Source of the DNA: an uncultured bacterium
Lineage (GTDB): Bacteria > Verrucomicrobiota > Kiritimatiellia > RFP12 > UBA1067
DNA: 64,000 bases
Direction: 5' to 3'
Assembly (NCBI GenBank): GCA_902770045.1
Contig: CACXRO010000004.1
Span: 7,323 to 71,322 of the forward strand
Below, piece after piece: positions 36,934 to 46,800 of the stretch. The position numbers and the translations under genes were made by a program. The notes beneath the pieces were generated by a model. The model had not been told where the DNA came from, did no database searches, and worked only from the letters and a program-made list of their open reading frames with translations. Numbering within the stretch: the stretch's first letter is position 1; every line of letters starts with the position of its first letter.

Positions 36934-36991
36934 TTGCCGCAGAGAACGCAAAGAGCGCAAAGGCTTTGCGTACTATGCGTTCTTTGCGGCT
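36934..36991. repeat. CGCAAAG nonamer hairpin spanning the carA stop and the carA-pyrG spacer
   Basis: ttgccgcagagaacgcaaagagcgcaaagg-ctttgcgtactatgcgttctttgcggc. The last carA residues AAKNA and its TAG stop are encoded by the right arm. Confidence 0.9.
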
Positions 36992-38169
36992 TTTATCATC
37001 GATTTGAATTGGTTAAATAGGTAGTTGGAGTCGTGCGGACCGGGGCAGGCCTCGGGATGGTACTGCACCGAGAACGCCGGGAGCGTCTTGTGCCGGATAC
37101 CCTCGATCGACCCGTCGTTGAGGTTGACGTGCGTGACTTCGAGGCAGTCCGGCACCGACTCCGGGATGACGGCGAAGTTGTGGTTCTGGCTGGTGATCTC
37201 CACCTTGCCGGTCTCAAGGTTCTTCACCGGATGGTTGCAGCCGTGGTGGCCGAACTTGAGCCTGCCGGTCTTCGCGCCGCAGGCAAGCGAGAGCAGCTGA
37301 TGCCCCAGGCAGATGCCCATGATGGGGATTGGTTTGGTGGTTAGGTGGTTAGGTGGTTGGGTGGTGCTGGTATGCGCACTCAAACGCTCAAACCCCAACA
37401 ACTTTCTGATGTTCTCGATGGCATAAGTCACTGCCGCCGGGTCGGCGGGGCCATTCGAGAGGAACACGCCGTCGGGGGAGAGAGCAAGCACCTCCTCGGC
37501 CGGCGTCTTCGCCGGCACGACCGTGACCTTCGCCCACGACGCCAGCGACCTGAGGATGTTCAGCTTGACGCCGAAGTCATAGCAGATGATCCATGGTTCG
37601 TGGTTCGTGGCTCGTGGCTCGGGTGTGAAATCATACGCCTTTTCGCAAGTCACTTTTGCCGCGTAGTCTTGGCCGTCGAGACCGGGCCATTCGTTGGACT
37701 TGGCCATCGCAGCTTCCTCGCTTAGAGACGCGTCAACGCAGAGATACGCCTTCCGGTTGCCGTGCTCGCGGATGTGCAGCGTCAGCGCACGGGTGTCCAC
37801 GCCGTAGATGCCCGGGACGCCGTTCTCGGCGAGATATTCGCCGAGGCTCTTTTCGCTGCGCCAGTTGCTGGGTTCAGTGAGGTCGCCGATGACGAGCCCC
37901 GACAGAAAAAGTCCCCGGGACTCGACGTCCTCGGGGTTGATGCCGTAGTTGCCGACTTCGGCGGTGGTGAGGGTGACGAACTGTCCGGCGTAGGAGGGGT
38001 CGGTCAGGATCTCCTGGTAGCCGCTCATCCCGGTGTTGAAGACGACCTCGCCGAGCGCATCTTTCTTCGCGCCGAACGCGACGCCGTGGAATACGGCGCC
38101 ATCGTCCAGCGCAAGGAACGCCTTCCGCTCCCGCTCGTTCTTCCATTTCTCCTCGTAGCTCATAGCCAT
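36973..38169 (-). CDS. carA: Carbamoyl-phosphate synthase small (glutaminase) subunit
   Basis: GEVVFNTGMSGYQEILTDPSYAGQ..GICLGHQLL..HGCNHPV..SQNHNF..VQYHPE. Confidence 0.93.
   Translation of the reverse strand: MAMSYEEKWKNERERKAFLALDDGAVFHGVAFGAKKDALGEVVFNTGMSGYQEILTDPSYAGQFVTLTTAEVGNYGINPEDVESRGLFLSGLVIGDLTEPSNWRSEKSLGEYLAENGVPGIYGVDTRALTLHIREHGNRKAYLCVDASLSEEAAMAKSNEWPGLDGQDYAAKVTCEKAYDFTPEPRATNHEPWIICYDFGVKLNILRSLASWAKVTVVPAKTPAEEVLALSPDGVFLSNGPADPAAVTYAIENIRKLLGFERLSAHTSTTQPPNHLTTKPIPIMGICLGHQLLSLACGAKTGRLKFGHHGCNHPVKNLETGKVEITSQNHNFAVIPESVPDCLEVTHVNLNDGSIEGIRHKTLPAFSVQYHPEACPGPHDSNYLFNQFKSMIKAAKNA
37331..37365. repeat. GGTTAGGT octamer array in frame in carA
   Basis: ggtttggtggttaggtggttaggtggttgggtggt. 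Translated as [12 protein letters not shown], immediately before the conserved IMGICLGHQ. Confidence 0.9.
37595..37621. repeat. GGTTCGTG/GGCTCGTG octamer array in frame in carA
   Basis: ggttcgtggttcgtggctcgtggctcg. Translated as EPRATNHEP. Confidence 0.85.
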
Positions 38170-38182
38170 AGTTCGGTTTTAG

Positions 38183-38217
38183 CCTTTGTCTTTGCGGTCT
38201 ATGCGTTCTTTGCGGCT
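38183..38217. repeat. CGCAAAG-family half element in the purF-carA spacer
   Basis: cctttgtctttgcggtctatgcgttctttgcggct. Confidence 0.8.
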
Positions 38218-38224
38218 GACAACA

Positions 38225-40171
38225 CTAGTAAGACCTTTCATTTATTTTGTCAAGATAGTTCTTGATCGCCTGGTGCAGGACCTTGTAGCCTCCTGGCGTC
38301 GGGTAGTCGCCGGTGAAGTACCAGTCGCCGAATTCGTGGTTCGTGGTTCGTGGTTCGTGGTTCGTGGCTGGGCGGTTAGGTGGTTGCAGGCATTGGCGAA
38401 GGTTGTCGACGGTCTGGTAGACGACCTTGACTTCCGCCTTCATGCCGGGCGGCGTGAGGAGACGCGCGATTTCCGCGCAGTGCTCCTCTTCGGTGAAGCG
38501 GGCATAGAGTTCGGCGAGAGGGTTTTCTTTGACAGGATTTACAGGATTAACAGGATTGGGATTGGGGGGCTGGGGGGTGTCTCCAGATAATCCTGAAAAT
38601 CTTGTTAATCCTGTCAAAAGATTTTCGGCTTCCTTGCCGAGCAGGTTCATGAGCGCCTTGAAGGCGACGAGTTCGCCGAGGGTGGACATGTCGATGCCGT
38701 AGCAGTCGGGATAGCGGATCGGCGGCGCGGAGGAGGCGACGACGATCCGCTTCGGCCCCAGCCGGTCCAGCATCGGCAGGATGGCGTTCTTCATCGTGTT
38801 GCCGCGGACGATCGAGTCGTCCAGCACCACGAGCGTGTCCCGGCCGGGGCGCACCAGTCCGTAGGTGACGTCGTAGACGTGCTTGTAGAACTCGCGTCGC
38901 GCCGCGGCGTCGGCGATGAAGGTGCGGAACTTCGCGTCCTTCACCGCAATTTCCCCGAAGCGGGGAAATTGGTTAGGCGGTTGGGTGGTTAGGTGGTTAG
39001 GTGACTGCTGAGCTGAACTGTCCAACCATTTTTTGAATAATTCTTCCAGCAGCCCATGGAAGGCGATGCGGGCGGAGTTGGGGATGTAGGAGAAGAAGAT
39101 GTCTTCGATCGGCGCATCCGCCGCGGCGAGGATCTGCGGCACCAGCGCCGCGCCGAGCGCCTTGCGCTCGCGGTGGATGTCGGCGTCGTTGGCGCGGGAA
39201 AAGTAGATGCGCTCGAAGGTGCAGGGGCGGGGTGGTGGTTGGGTGGCTGTGGGAGGATTTTCAAACCGCACTTCGCCGTCAGGAGAAACGACGAGCGTTT
39301 GGCCGGGCGGGAGTTCCTTCACCGCCTCCGGCGGCACGTCGAAGGCGGCCTGGATCGCGGGGCGCTCGCTGGCTACTGCCACCACGTTGTCGTCGAGGTA
39401 GTAGAAGCCGGGGCGGATGCCGCACGGGTCGCGCGTCGCGAAGGCCCAGCCGTCGCCGGTCGTGCCGCATAGCGTCCAGGCGCCGTCGGCTTTGGCGAGC
39501 GCGGAGGAGAGTGCTCTGGCAATCGGAGTCTCACACGGAGGCACAGAGGCACGGAGCCTTCCGTCCTCTGAGTCTCTGTGGCTCTGCGTGAGTTCGTGGG
39601 CGATCAGTTCGCAGATGAGGTAGCCGTCGGACCGGCTGGTGGGGAAGGAGCCGCGGCGTTGGTAGTCGTCGAAGAGCTCGCGCGCGTTGGTGAGGTTGAA
39701 GTTGCCGGCGAGGAGGACAGTGTGGGCGAGTTCGCTCGATTCGTGGATGAACGGATGGCAGAACGCCACCTCGTTCTTTCCGAAGGTGGCGTAGCGGAGG
39801 TGGCCGAGGAATATCCTTTCTTGATTTTTGCCACAAAGATCACAAAGGCCACAAAGGCTATCTCCCTCATTTTTGTGTTCTATGTGTTCTTTGTGGCTAA
39901 ATCTTCTCCCGATGGCGGCGAGTATGTCCGCAAGCGGCGTCGCCGAAGCCGATTTTGCGATCCAGTACGGCGGTTCTCCCGGATTGGGGTTGTTGGAGAG
40001 GATCGCCGCGCCGGCGCCGTCCTGGCCGCGGTTGTGCTGCTTCTCCATGAGGAGCGAGAGCTTCGTTCCGCCATAATCGCCCGCGGCGACGGTGGTCCCG
40101 CGCAGGACCACCATCGCCACGGCGCATTCGTGCTTTAGTTCATCTGACATTTTGTCCGACTGCCATAGCAC
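38225..40171 (-). CDS. purF: Amidophosphoribosyltransferase (648 aa, expanded by at least 5 in-frame repeat insertions)
   Basis: N-terminal nucleophile region HECAVAMV..HNRGQDGAG..GHLRYATFG. PRT motif LVVLDDSIVRGNT. The start may be ATG 40150 instead. Confidence 0.88.
   Translation of the reverse strand: MLWQSDKMSDELKHECAVAMVVLRGTTVAAGDYGGTKLSLLMEKQHNRGQDGAGAAILSNNPNPGEPPYWIAKSASATPLADILAAIGRRFSHKEHIEHKNEGDSLCGLCDLCGKNQERIFLGHLRYATFGKNEVAFCHPFIHESSELAHTVLLAGNFNLTNARELFDDYQRRGSFPTSRSDGYLICELIAHELTQSHRDSEDGRLRASVPPCETPIARALSSALAKADGAWTLCGTTGDGWAFATRDPCGIRPGFYYLDDNVVAVASERPAIQAAFDVPPEAVKELPPGQTLVVSPDGEVRFENPPTATQPPPRPCTFERIYFSRANDADIHRERKALGAALVPQILAAADAPIEDIFFSYIPNSARIAFHGLLEELFKKWLDSSAQQSPNHLTTQPPNQFPRFGEIAVKDAKFRTFIADAAARREFYKHVYDVTYGLVRPGRDTLVVLDDSIVRGNTMKNAILPMLDRLGPKRIVVASSAPPIRYPDCYGIDMSTLGELVAFKALMNLLGKEAENLLTGLTRFSGLSGDTPQPPNPNPVNPVNPVKENPLAELYARFTEEEHCAEIARLLTPPGMKAEVKVVYQTVDNLRQCLQPPNRPATNHEPRTTNHEFGDWYFTGDYPTPGGYKVLHQAIKNYLDKINERSY
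38333..38386. repeat. GGTTCGTG octamer x5 plus GGTTAGGT units in frame near the purF C-terminus
   Basis: Translated as QPPNRPATNHEPRTTNHE. Confidence 0.9.
38528..38618. repeat. AATCCTGTT nonamer hairpin element in frame in purF
   Basis: tttgacaggatttacaggattaacaggatt-(loop)-aatcctgaaaatcttgttaatcctgtcaaa. Translated as LTGLTRFSGLSGDTPQPPNPNPVNPVNPVKE. Confidence 0.9.
38971..39003. repeat. GGTTAGGT octamer array in frame in purF
   Basis: ggttaggcggttgggtggttaggtggttaggtg. Translated as [12 protein letters not shown]. Confidence 0.9.
39533..39590. repeat. CAGAGGC-family hairpin element in frame in purF
   Basis: cacacggaggcacagaggcacggag-ccttc-cgtcctctgagtctctgtggctctgcgtg. Translated as TQSHRDSEDGRLRASVPPCE. 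Confidence 0.85.
39828..39899. repeat. CACAAAG nonamer hairpin element in frame in purF
   Basis: ttgccacaaagatcacaaaggccacaaagg-(loop)-tttgtgttctatgtgttctttgtggcta. Translated as [25 protein letters not shown]. Confidence 0.9.
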
Positions 40172-40210
40172 TAAACCACCAAACTACCTAACAACCTAAC
40201 CACCTAACCA
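40172..40210. repeat. CCTAACC/CCAAACC octamer tract in the glnN-purF spacer
   Basis: ctaaaccaccaaactacctaacaacctaaccacctaacc. Opposite orientation, relative to transcription, compared with the intragenic copies. Confidence 0.8.
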
Positions 40211-42167
40211 TTAGTACAGGAACAGCATGTCGCGGTACTTCGGCAGCGGCCAGCGCTTGCCGTCGACCCGCTTCTCCATGGCGTCGACCGTGGTTCTCAG
40301 CGCGCGCATCGCGGCGATGATCACGCCGACGTCGCTGCCGCCGAGGGCCTCCTCGATGTCGTGGATCTCGAGCCGCAGCGCGTCAAGTCCGGCGCCGAGC
40401 TCGACCAGGCTCTCGCGCAGGGCGGTGGTGCCGGACGACACGCCGACCTTCTCGGCCCGCGCGAAGGCGTCCGCCGTCTCGAGGTACTCGGCCTTGACCG
40501 CCGGGAACACCATCTCCGAGGCGATGTCGCGGGCGCAGGCGCCTTCGATGCGGATCTTCTTCTCGTATTCCTCGAGGAAGATCTCGTGGCGGCTCTCCAG
40601 CTCGCGGCCGGTCATGACGCCGTACTTGGCGAAGAGGGCGATGTTCTCCTTCTTCGCGAGCGCGGCGAGCGCGGACGGTGTGTCCGGCGCGTTGGGGAGC
40701 CCGCGCCTGGCGGCCTCCTCCGGCCACTCGGCCTCGTAGCCGTTGCCGTTGAAGACGGCGCGCTTGTGGGCCTTGAGCGAGGCCTGCAGGATCTTCTGCA
40801 GCGCGTTGTGGAAGGCGGGGGTGTGCTCGCCGGGCTTCGCCTTGCCGGCGACCTTGGCCTTCTCGAGCTCGCCGGCGATGCGGTCGACCGCCTCGGCGAC
40901 GATGGTGTTGAGGACCGTCATCGGACCCGAGCAGCAGATGGTGGAGCCGGGGGCGCGGAACTCGAACTTGTTGCCGGTGAAGGCGAAGGGCGAGGTGCGG
41001 TTGCGGTCGGTCGCGTCCTTGGGGATCACCGGCAGGGTGTCGACGCCGATCTTCATCGCGCCGCCGCCCTTGGACTTCGCGCCGCCGCCTTTCTCCAGCC
41101 GGTCGAGGACTTCCGCGAGCTGGTCGCCGACGTAGATCGAGATGACGGCGGGCGGCGCCTCGTTCGCGCCGAGGCGGTGGTCGTTGCCGGCGCCGGCGAC
41201 GGACGCCCTCAAGAGGTCAGCGTGCCGGTCGACCGCCTCGATGACGGCGATGAGCATCGTCAGGAACACGGCGTTCTCGTCCGGATTGGTGCCGGGGTCG
41301 AGCAGGTTCTTGCCGCCGTAGGCGACCGACCAGTTGTTGTGCTTGCCCGAGCCGTTGACGCCGGCGAACGGCTTTTCGTGGAGGAGGCACTTGAAGCCGT
41401 GCTTCTCGGCGACGTTGCGGAGCGCGTCCATGATGAGCATGTTGTGGTCGCTCGCCAGGTTGAGCTCCTCGAACTGCGGCGCGAGCTCGAACTGCGCGGG
41501 CGCGACCTCGTTGTGGCGCGTCTTGGCGGGGATGCCGAGCTTCCAGAGCTCGCGCTCGACGTCGTTCATGAACGAGAGCACGCGGTCCGGGATGGTGCCG
41601 AAGTAGTGGTCCTCGAGCTGCTGTCCCTTGGCGGACGGCGCGCCGAAGAGCGTGCGGCCGGTGAGCACGAGGTCGGGGCGCTTCTTCCAGTACTCCTTGT
41701 CGACGAGGAAGGGCGGTCGGGATGCAGAGCGTCGCGCCGTTCGAATGGCGCTTGATGAAGGCGGGGCTCGTCGGGTCCCACGCCGTGTAGCCGCGGGCCT
41801 CGAAGGTGGAGCGGATGCCGCCCGAGGGGAAGGACGAGGCGTCGGGCTCGCCGACGATGAGGTTCTTGCCGCTGAAGAGCATGATCGGCTCGCCGTCCTT
41901 CAGCTCCAGGAACGAGTCGTGCTTCTCGGCGGTGGAGCCGGTCATCGGCAGGAACCAGTGGGTGTAGTGGGTGGCGCCGCGGTCCATCGCCCAGTGGCGG
42001 ATGCCGTGCGCGACCTCGTTCGCGATCGACGGATCGAGCGGTTTGCCTTCGCGGATCGTCGCCTGGAGCTTCTTCGCCGTGTCCTTGCTTAGGTAGGTCT
42101 TGATGGCCTCTTCGCCGAATACGTCTTCGCCGAAGTGGGTGGCTTTCTTGGTCTCTTCCGTCATTGC
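40211..42167 (-). pseudogene. glnN: Type III glutamine synthetase (GlnN-like), disrupted by a frameshift and an apparent internal deletion
   Basis: N-terminal part in one frame ([59 protein letters not shown], ending about 41712). The rest is in another frame starting at 41710 ([77 protein letters not shown]). The region that normally links CIPT to EQEYFLVD is missing. Confidence 0.6.
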
Positions 42168-42223
42168 GTTTTCCTTTCGGTGCCGCCGCGTCACCATGAC
42201 GTGGCGAGCGAACGTGTTTTCAT

Positions 42224-42241
42224 TAGCACGATCCGTGCCAA
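42224..42241 (-). promoter_or_regulatory. Sigma54-type promoter for glnN: TGGCAC-ggatc-GTGCTAA
   Basis: The reverse complement of 42224-42241 reads tTGGCACGGATCGTGCTAA. The GG/GC spacing equals the consensus TGGCAC-N5-TTGC. About 45 nt upstream of ATG 42167. Confidence 0.6.
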
Positions 42242-42461
42242 AGCCGAAATGCCGCGGCGCGCGGCCGGATTCTTACGCGCAGCGTCGGATTCTCGGCGAA
42301 GCGATTACTGAAATCGTAACCGGCACCGGATACAATGGCAAGTCCTGATTGGACTTCCCGGACGGCCGTCAACGCCGCCGTTTATTACATGATTGATACT
42401 TTGCGGATGGGCGAATTACATGGGCTGTAAGAAATTCGGTTTTGCGCGGGGTTGTCAGCCC

Positions 42462-42480
42462 ATGGCACGGGTTGTGCTAA
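42462..42480 (+). promoter_or_regulatory. Sigma54-type promoter for gltDB: TGGCAC-gggtt-GTGCTAA
   Basis: aTGGCACGGGTTGTGCTAA at 42462-42480, nearly identical to the glnN copy. The ATG at 42493 is about 15 nt after the -12 GC, so the leader is very short. Confidence 0.6.
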
Positions 42481-42492
42481 GTTGCACCCAAT

Positions 42493-43851
42493 ATGCAACG
42501 GATACACGACATCTACCGCCCGGCGGAGGAGCGCAAGACTGACTGGCGCGAAGTCGAGCGCTCGCTTTCGGACGAAGAGCTGAAGGAGCAGACTTCGCGC
42601 TGCATGAACTGCGGCCAGCCGTTCTGCCACGCCTACGGCTGCCCGCTCGGAAACCTTGTGCCGGACCAGAACCGCGCCGTGGCGCAGGGGGACTGGAAGC
42701 GGGCATACGACCTTTTGACGGTGAACTCGGACTTCCCCGAGTTCACTTCGCGCATCTGCCCCGCGCTCTGCGAGGCGAGCTGCGTCCACGGCCTTGACGA
42801 GGAGGCGGTCATGATCCGCCAGTCGGAAAAGCGCATCATCGAGACCGCGTTTGAGCGCGGCTGGGTGGTGCCGCGGCCGCCGGAAAGGGAAAACGGCAAG
42901 TCCGCCGCGGTGATTGGCGCGGGGCCGGCGGGGCTTTCCGCCGCGGTTACGCTCCGGCGCCGGGGCTGGGCCGTCACGGTCTACGAGCGCCGCGCCCAGA
43001 TCGGCGGGCTGCTCCGCTACGGCATTCCCTGCTTCAAGCTCGACAAGGCGCTCATCGACCGCCGCCGCAAGATCCTGGAGTCGGAGGGGATAAAGTTCGT
43101 GACGGACTGCGAGGTCGGCCGGGACGTCTCCGCCGAATGGCTGGAGAAGGAACACGACGCGGTCGTCGTCGCCATCGGCACGCCCGCCGCGCGCGACCTG
43201 AAGATCCCCGGGCGCGAGCTTGAGGGGATCCACCTCGCGCTCGAGCTACTTGAAGGGCAGAACCGCTTCCTCACCGGCGAGCTGCCGGAGCCGCCGATCA
43301 GCGCCAAGGGCAGGGACGTGCTCGTCATCGGCGGCGGCGACACCGGCTCGGACTGCGTCGGCACCGCGATCCGCCACGGCGCGAAGTCGGTGACGCAGAT
43401 CGAGATCATGCCCAAGCCGCCGGAGGAGCGCGACGCCTCGACGCCGTGGCCGCTCTGGCCCTACATGCTGCGCACGAGCTCCAGCCACAAGGAGGGCTGC
43501 ATCCGCCGCTGGAACCTCAATTCGCTCCGGTTCGTCGGCGACGGGCGCGTCGCGGGCGTGGAGGTGGAGACGGTCAAGTGGGAGTTCTCGCCCGAGGGCC
43601 GTCCGGCGAAGTTCGCCGCGGTGCCGGGGACTAAGGAGACGATCAAGGCCGACCTCGTGCTGCTCGCCATGGGCTTCACCGGCGTCCCCGCCGACCTGCC
43701 GCTCGTCGCGCAGCTCGGGCTCAAGGAGACGCCGCGCACCGCGCTCCTGCCCGACCCGGCGCGGAACATCTTCTGCGTCGGCGACTGCGCCTCGGGCGCG
43801 TCGCTCGTCGTCCGCGCCCTCGCCAGCGGGAAGGCGCTGCCACTTGACTGA
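42493..43851 (+). CDS. gltD: Glutamate synthase small (NAD(P)H) subunit
   Basis: RCMNCGQPFCH..CPLGNLVP..ICPALCEASC..AVIGAGPAGLSAA..VIGGGDTGSDC. Confidence 0.9.
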   Translation: MQRIHDIYRPAEERKTDWREVERSLSDEELKEQTSRCMNCGQPFCHAYGCPLGNLVPDQNRAVAQGDWKRAYDLLTVNSDFPEFTSRICPALCEASCVHGLDEEAVMIRQSEKRIIETAFERGWVVPRPPERENGKSAAVIGAGPAGLSAAVTLRRRGWAVTVYERRAQIGGLLRYGIPCFKLDKALIDRRRKILESEGIKFVTDCEVGRDVSAEWLEKEHDAVVVAIGTPAARDLKIPGRELEGIHLALELLEGQNRFLTGELPEPPISAKGRDVLVIGGGDTGSDCVGTAIRHGAKSVTQIEIMPKPPEERDASTPWPLWPYMLRTSSSHKEGCIRRWNLNSLRFVGDGRVAGVEVETVKWEFSPEGRPAKFAAVPGTKETIKADLVLLAMGFTGVPADLPLVAQLGLKETPRTALLPDPARNIFCVGDCASGASLVVRALASGKALPLD

Positions 43852-43863
43852 AAGAACCAGACC

Positions 43864-46800
43864 ATGAACGATCAAAGCAGAAAAGACCGACAGCCGGGGC
43901 TCTACCGGCGAGAATTCGAGCACGACGCGTGCGGCGTCGGCATGGTCGCGAACCTCTCCGGCGAGGCGAGCCACGACATCGTCGAGAAGGGCATGACCAT
44001 CCTGAAGCGGCTCATGCACCGCGGCGCCACCGGCAACGACCCGGATACCGGCGACGGCGCGGGACTGCTGATGAAGATCCCGTATGGGTTTTTCAAAAAA
44101 GTGCTTAAGTTACCCAACCACCTAACCACCCAACCACCTAACCACCAAACCGAATTCGGAATTGCGATGATTTTCGGCGGCGAGGGCGAGGAGGCGGCGA
44201 TCGAGGGCGTGGTCAAGTCCGAGGGATGCAAGGTCCTCGGCTGGCGCGACGTGCCGACCAACCCCGACGCCATCGGACGCGACGCCCGCGCCGTTATGCC
44301 GCGGATTAGGCAGCTGTTCATAGCCGCTGGATCGGCAAGCTCTCAGAATCCTGTTAATCCTGTTAATCCTGTCAAAGAAGATTTCGAGCGCAGGCTCTAC
44401 ATCGTCCGCCGTCAGATCGAGAAGGCGACGAAGAAGACGTACGTCTGCTCCTGCTCGGCGCGGACGATTGTCTACAAGGGGCTGCTGCTTGCGACCCAGA
44501 TCGAGAGGTTCTACCCCGACCTCTCGGACCCGGACTTCGTCACGCCGTTCGCGATCGTCCACCAGCGGTACTCCACGAACACCTTCCCTTCCTGGGAGCT
44601 CGCCCATCCGTTTCGCGCCATCGCGCACAACGGCGAGATCAACGCGCTCAAGGGCAACCTCAACGCGCTTGCCGCGCGCGAGCCGTCGCTCGCCTCGCCG
44701 CTCTTCGGCGACGAGCTGAAGAAGCTGCTGCCGGTCGTCCACGCGGGGCAGTCCGACTCCGCATCGCTCGACAACATGTTCGAGCTGCTGGTCGCGGCCG
44801 GGCGCGACGCCCCTCACGCGATGATGATGCTCGTTCCCCAGGCCTGGGGCGCGAAGTACCACATGGGCCACGACGTGCGCGCCTTCTACGAGTACCACTC
44901 CGCGCTGATGGAGCCGTGGGACGGCCCCGCGGCGCTGGCGTTCACCGACGGCAAGGGCCTCGGCGCGACCCTCGACCGCAACGGACTCCGTCCCGCGCGC
45001 TGGACGCTCACCAAGGACGGGCTCTTCGTCCTCGCCTCCGAGACCGGCGTCCTCGACATCCCGGCGGATGCGGTAGCCCGCCGCGGCAGGGTGAAGCCGG
45101 GGGCGATGCTCTGGCTGGACCTCGAGAGCCACCGGCTCATGGAGGACGCGGAGGTCAAGACGTTCTACGCCCGCCGCCGTCCCTACCGTCGCTGGGTGGA
45201 CGAGAACCACATCCCGGTCACCGGCCTCTTCGCGGAGATCGTGCCGTCGAAGGCGCCCGGCGGCGCCGGCGCGCTCGCCGCGCAGCAGCGGAGCTTCGGC
45301 TACACGCTGGAGGACGTCGAGCTCATCCTCAGGCCCATGGCCGAGACCGGGCACGAGCCGGTCGGCGCGATGGGCAACGACGCGGCGCTAGCGTGCCTGA
45401 GGCAGGGGCGCTTCCGCCTCTTCGACTGCTTCCACCAGCTCTTCGCGCAGGTCACGAACCCGCCGATCGACCCGATCCGCGAGGAGCTCGTGATGTCGAT
45501 CATGACCTACATCGGCAACCAGGGGAACATCCTTGACGAGACGCCGGAGCACGCGCGGCTCGTCAAGATGACGCGCCCGGTGCTGACCGACGACGAGATG
45601 CGGCGCATCCGGAACATCCCCGACTTCCCGGCGAAGACGCTGCCGCTGTTCTTCGGCGGCTCGCTCGAGGACGCGCTCAAACGGCTCGCCGCGGACGCGC
45701 TCGCGGCGGTGAAGGGCGGCGCGAAGATCATCATCTTGTCGGACCGAGAGGGTTTAGCCACAAAGGACACAAAGGACACAAAGAACACAGAGGGGAAAAG
45801 AATTCCATCGCTCCTTGCAGTCGCGGCGGTCAACAAGTCGCTTGCGGACGCCGGCTTGAGGCCGTCCGTCGGCGTCGTCGTCGAGTCCGGCGAGGTGAGC
45901 GAGGTTCACCACTTCGCCGTCCTGCTCGGCTTCGGCGCGACGGCGGTCAACCCCTGGCTCGCGCTGGAGACCGTCTCTGAGATCGGCCGGGCGGGGCTTC
46001 CCCGCTCCGCCGTCGAGACGACCGCGCTCCACGCGGTGCGTCCGGAGGCCGCCCCCTACCTGGCCACCTCCAACTACGTCACGGCGGTATGCAAGGGGCT
46101 GATGAAGATCATGTCGAAGATGGGCATCTCGACGCTCAGGTCCTACCGCTCGGCGAAGATCTTCGAGGCCGTCGGGCTCGGTCCAAAGCTCATGGCGGAG
46201 TACTTCGAGGGCGTCGTCTCGCCAGTCGGCGGTCTGGAGCTGGAGGATCTCGAGAGACTCGTGGCTCGTGGCTCGTGGTTCGTGTCGGAGAATCACGAGA
46301 CACGAATCGCGAACCACGAATCACGAAACACGACTCTTTCGCCCGGCGGCGAGTACCGCGCGCGCAAGGGCGGCGAGGAGCACCTCTGGACGCCGCAGCG
46401 GCTCGTCGACTTCCGCGAGGCAGTGCGCAACGACGACTACGCCCGCTTCCACCGCTACACCGATGCCATCGACCAGAACAGCCATGTGACGCTCCGCTCG
46501 CTGCTGGAGTTCAATCCCAACCACCTAACCACCCAACCACCTAACCACCTAACCATTGAGGTCGAACCCGTCGATTCCATCGTGAAGCACTTCGTCGGCG
46601 GCGCGATGTCCCTGGGCTCGCTCTCGCCCGAGGCGCACGAGACGATTGCGCTCGCGCTGAACGGGCTCGGCACGATGTCCAACTCCGGCGAGGGCGGCGA
46701 GAACCCCGAGCGCTTCGGCACCGACAAGAACAGCGCGATCAAGCAGGTCGCGTCCGGCCGCTTCGGCGTGACGATCGAGTACCTCCGCAGCGCCAAGGAC

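Noticed and set aside
42100-42348. Small ORF 42100-42348(+), and other short ORFs in the glnN-gltD intergenic region.
   Set aside because: This ORF overlaps the glnN 5' end and the sigma54 promoter region. It has no RBS and no recognisable protein features.
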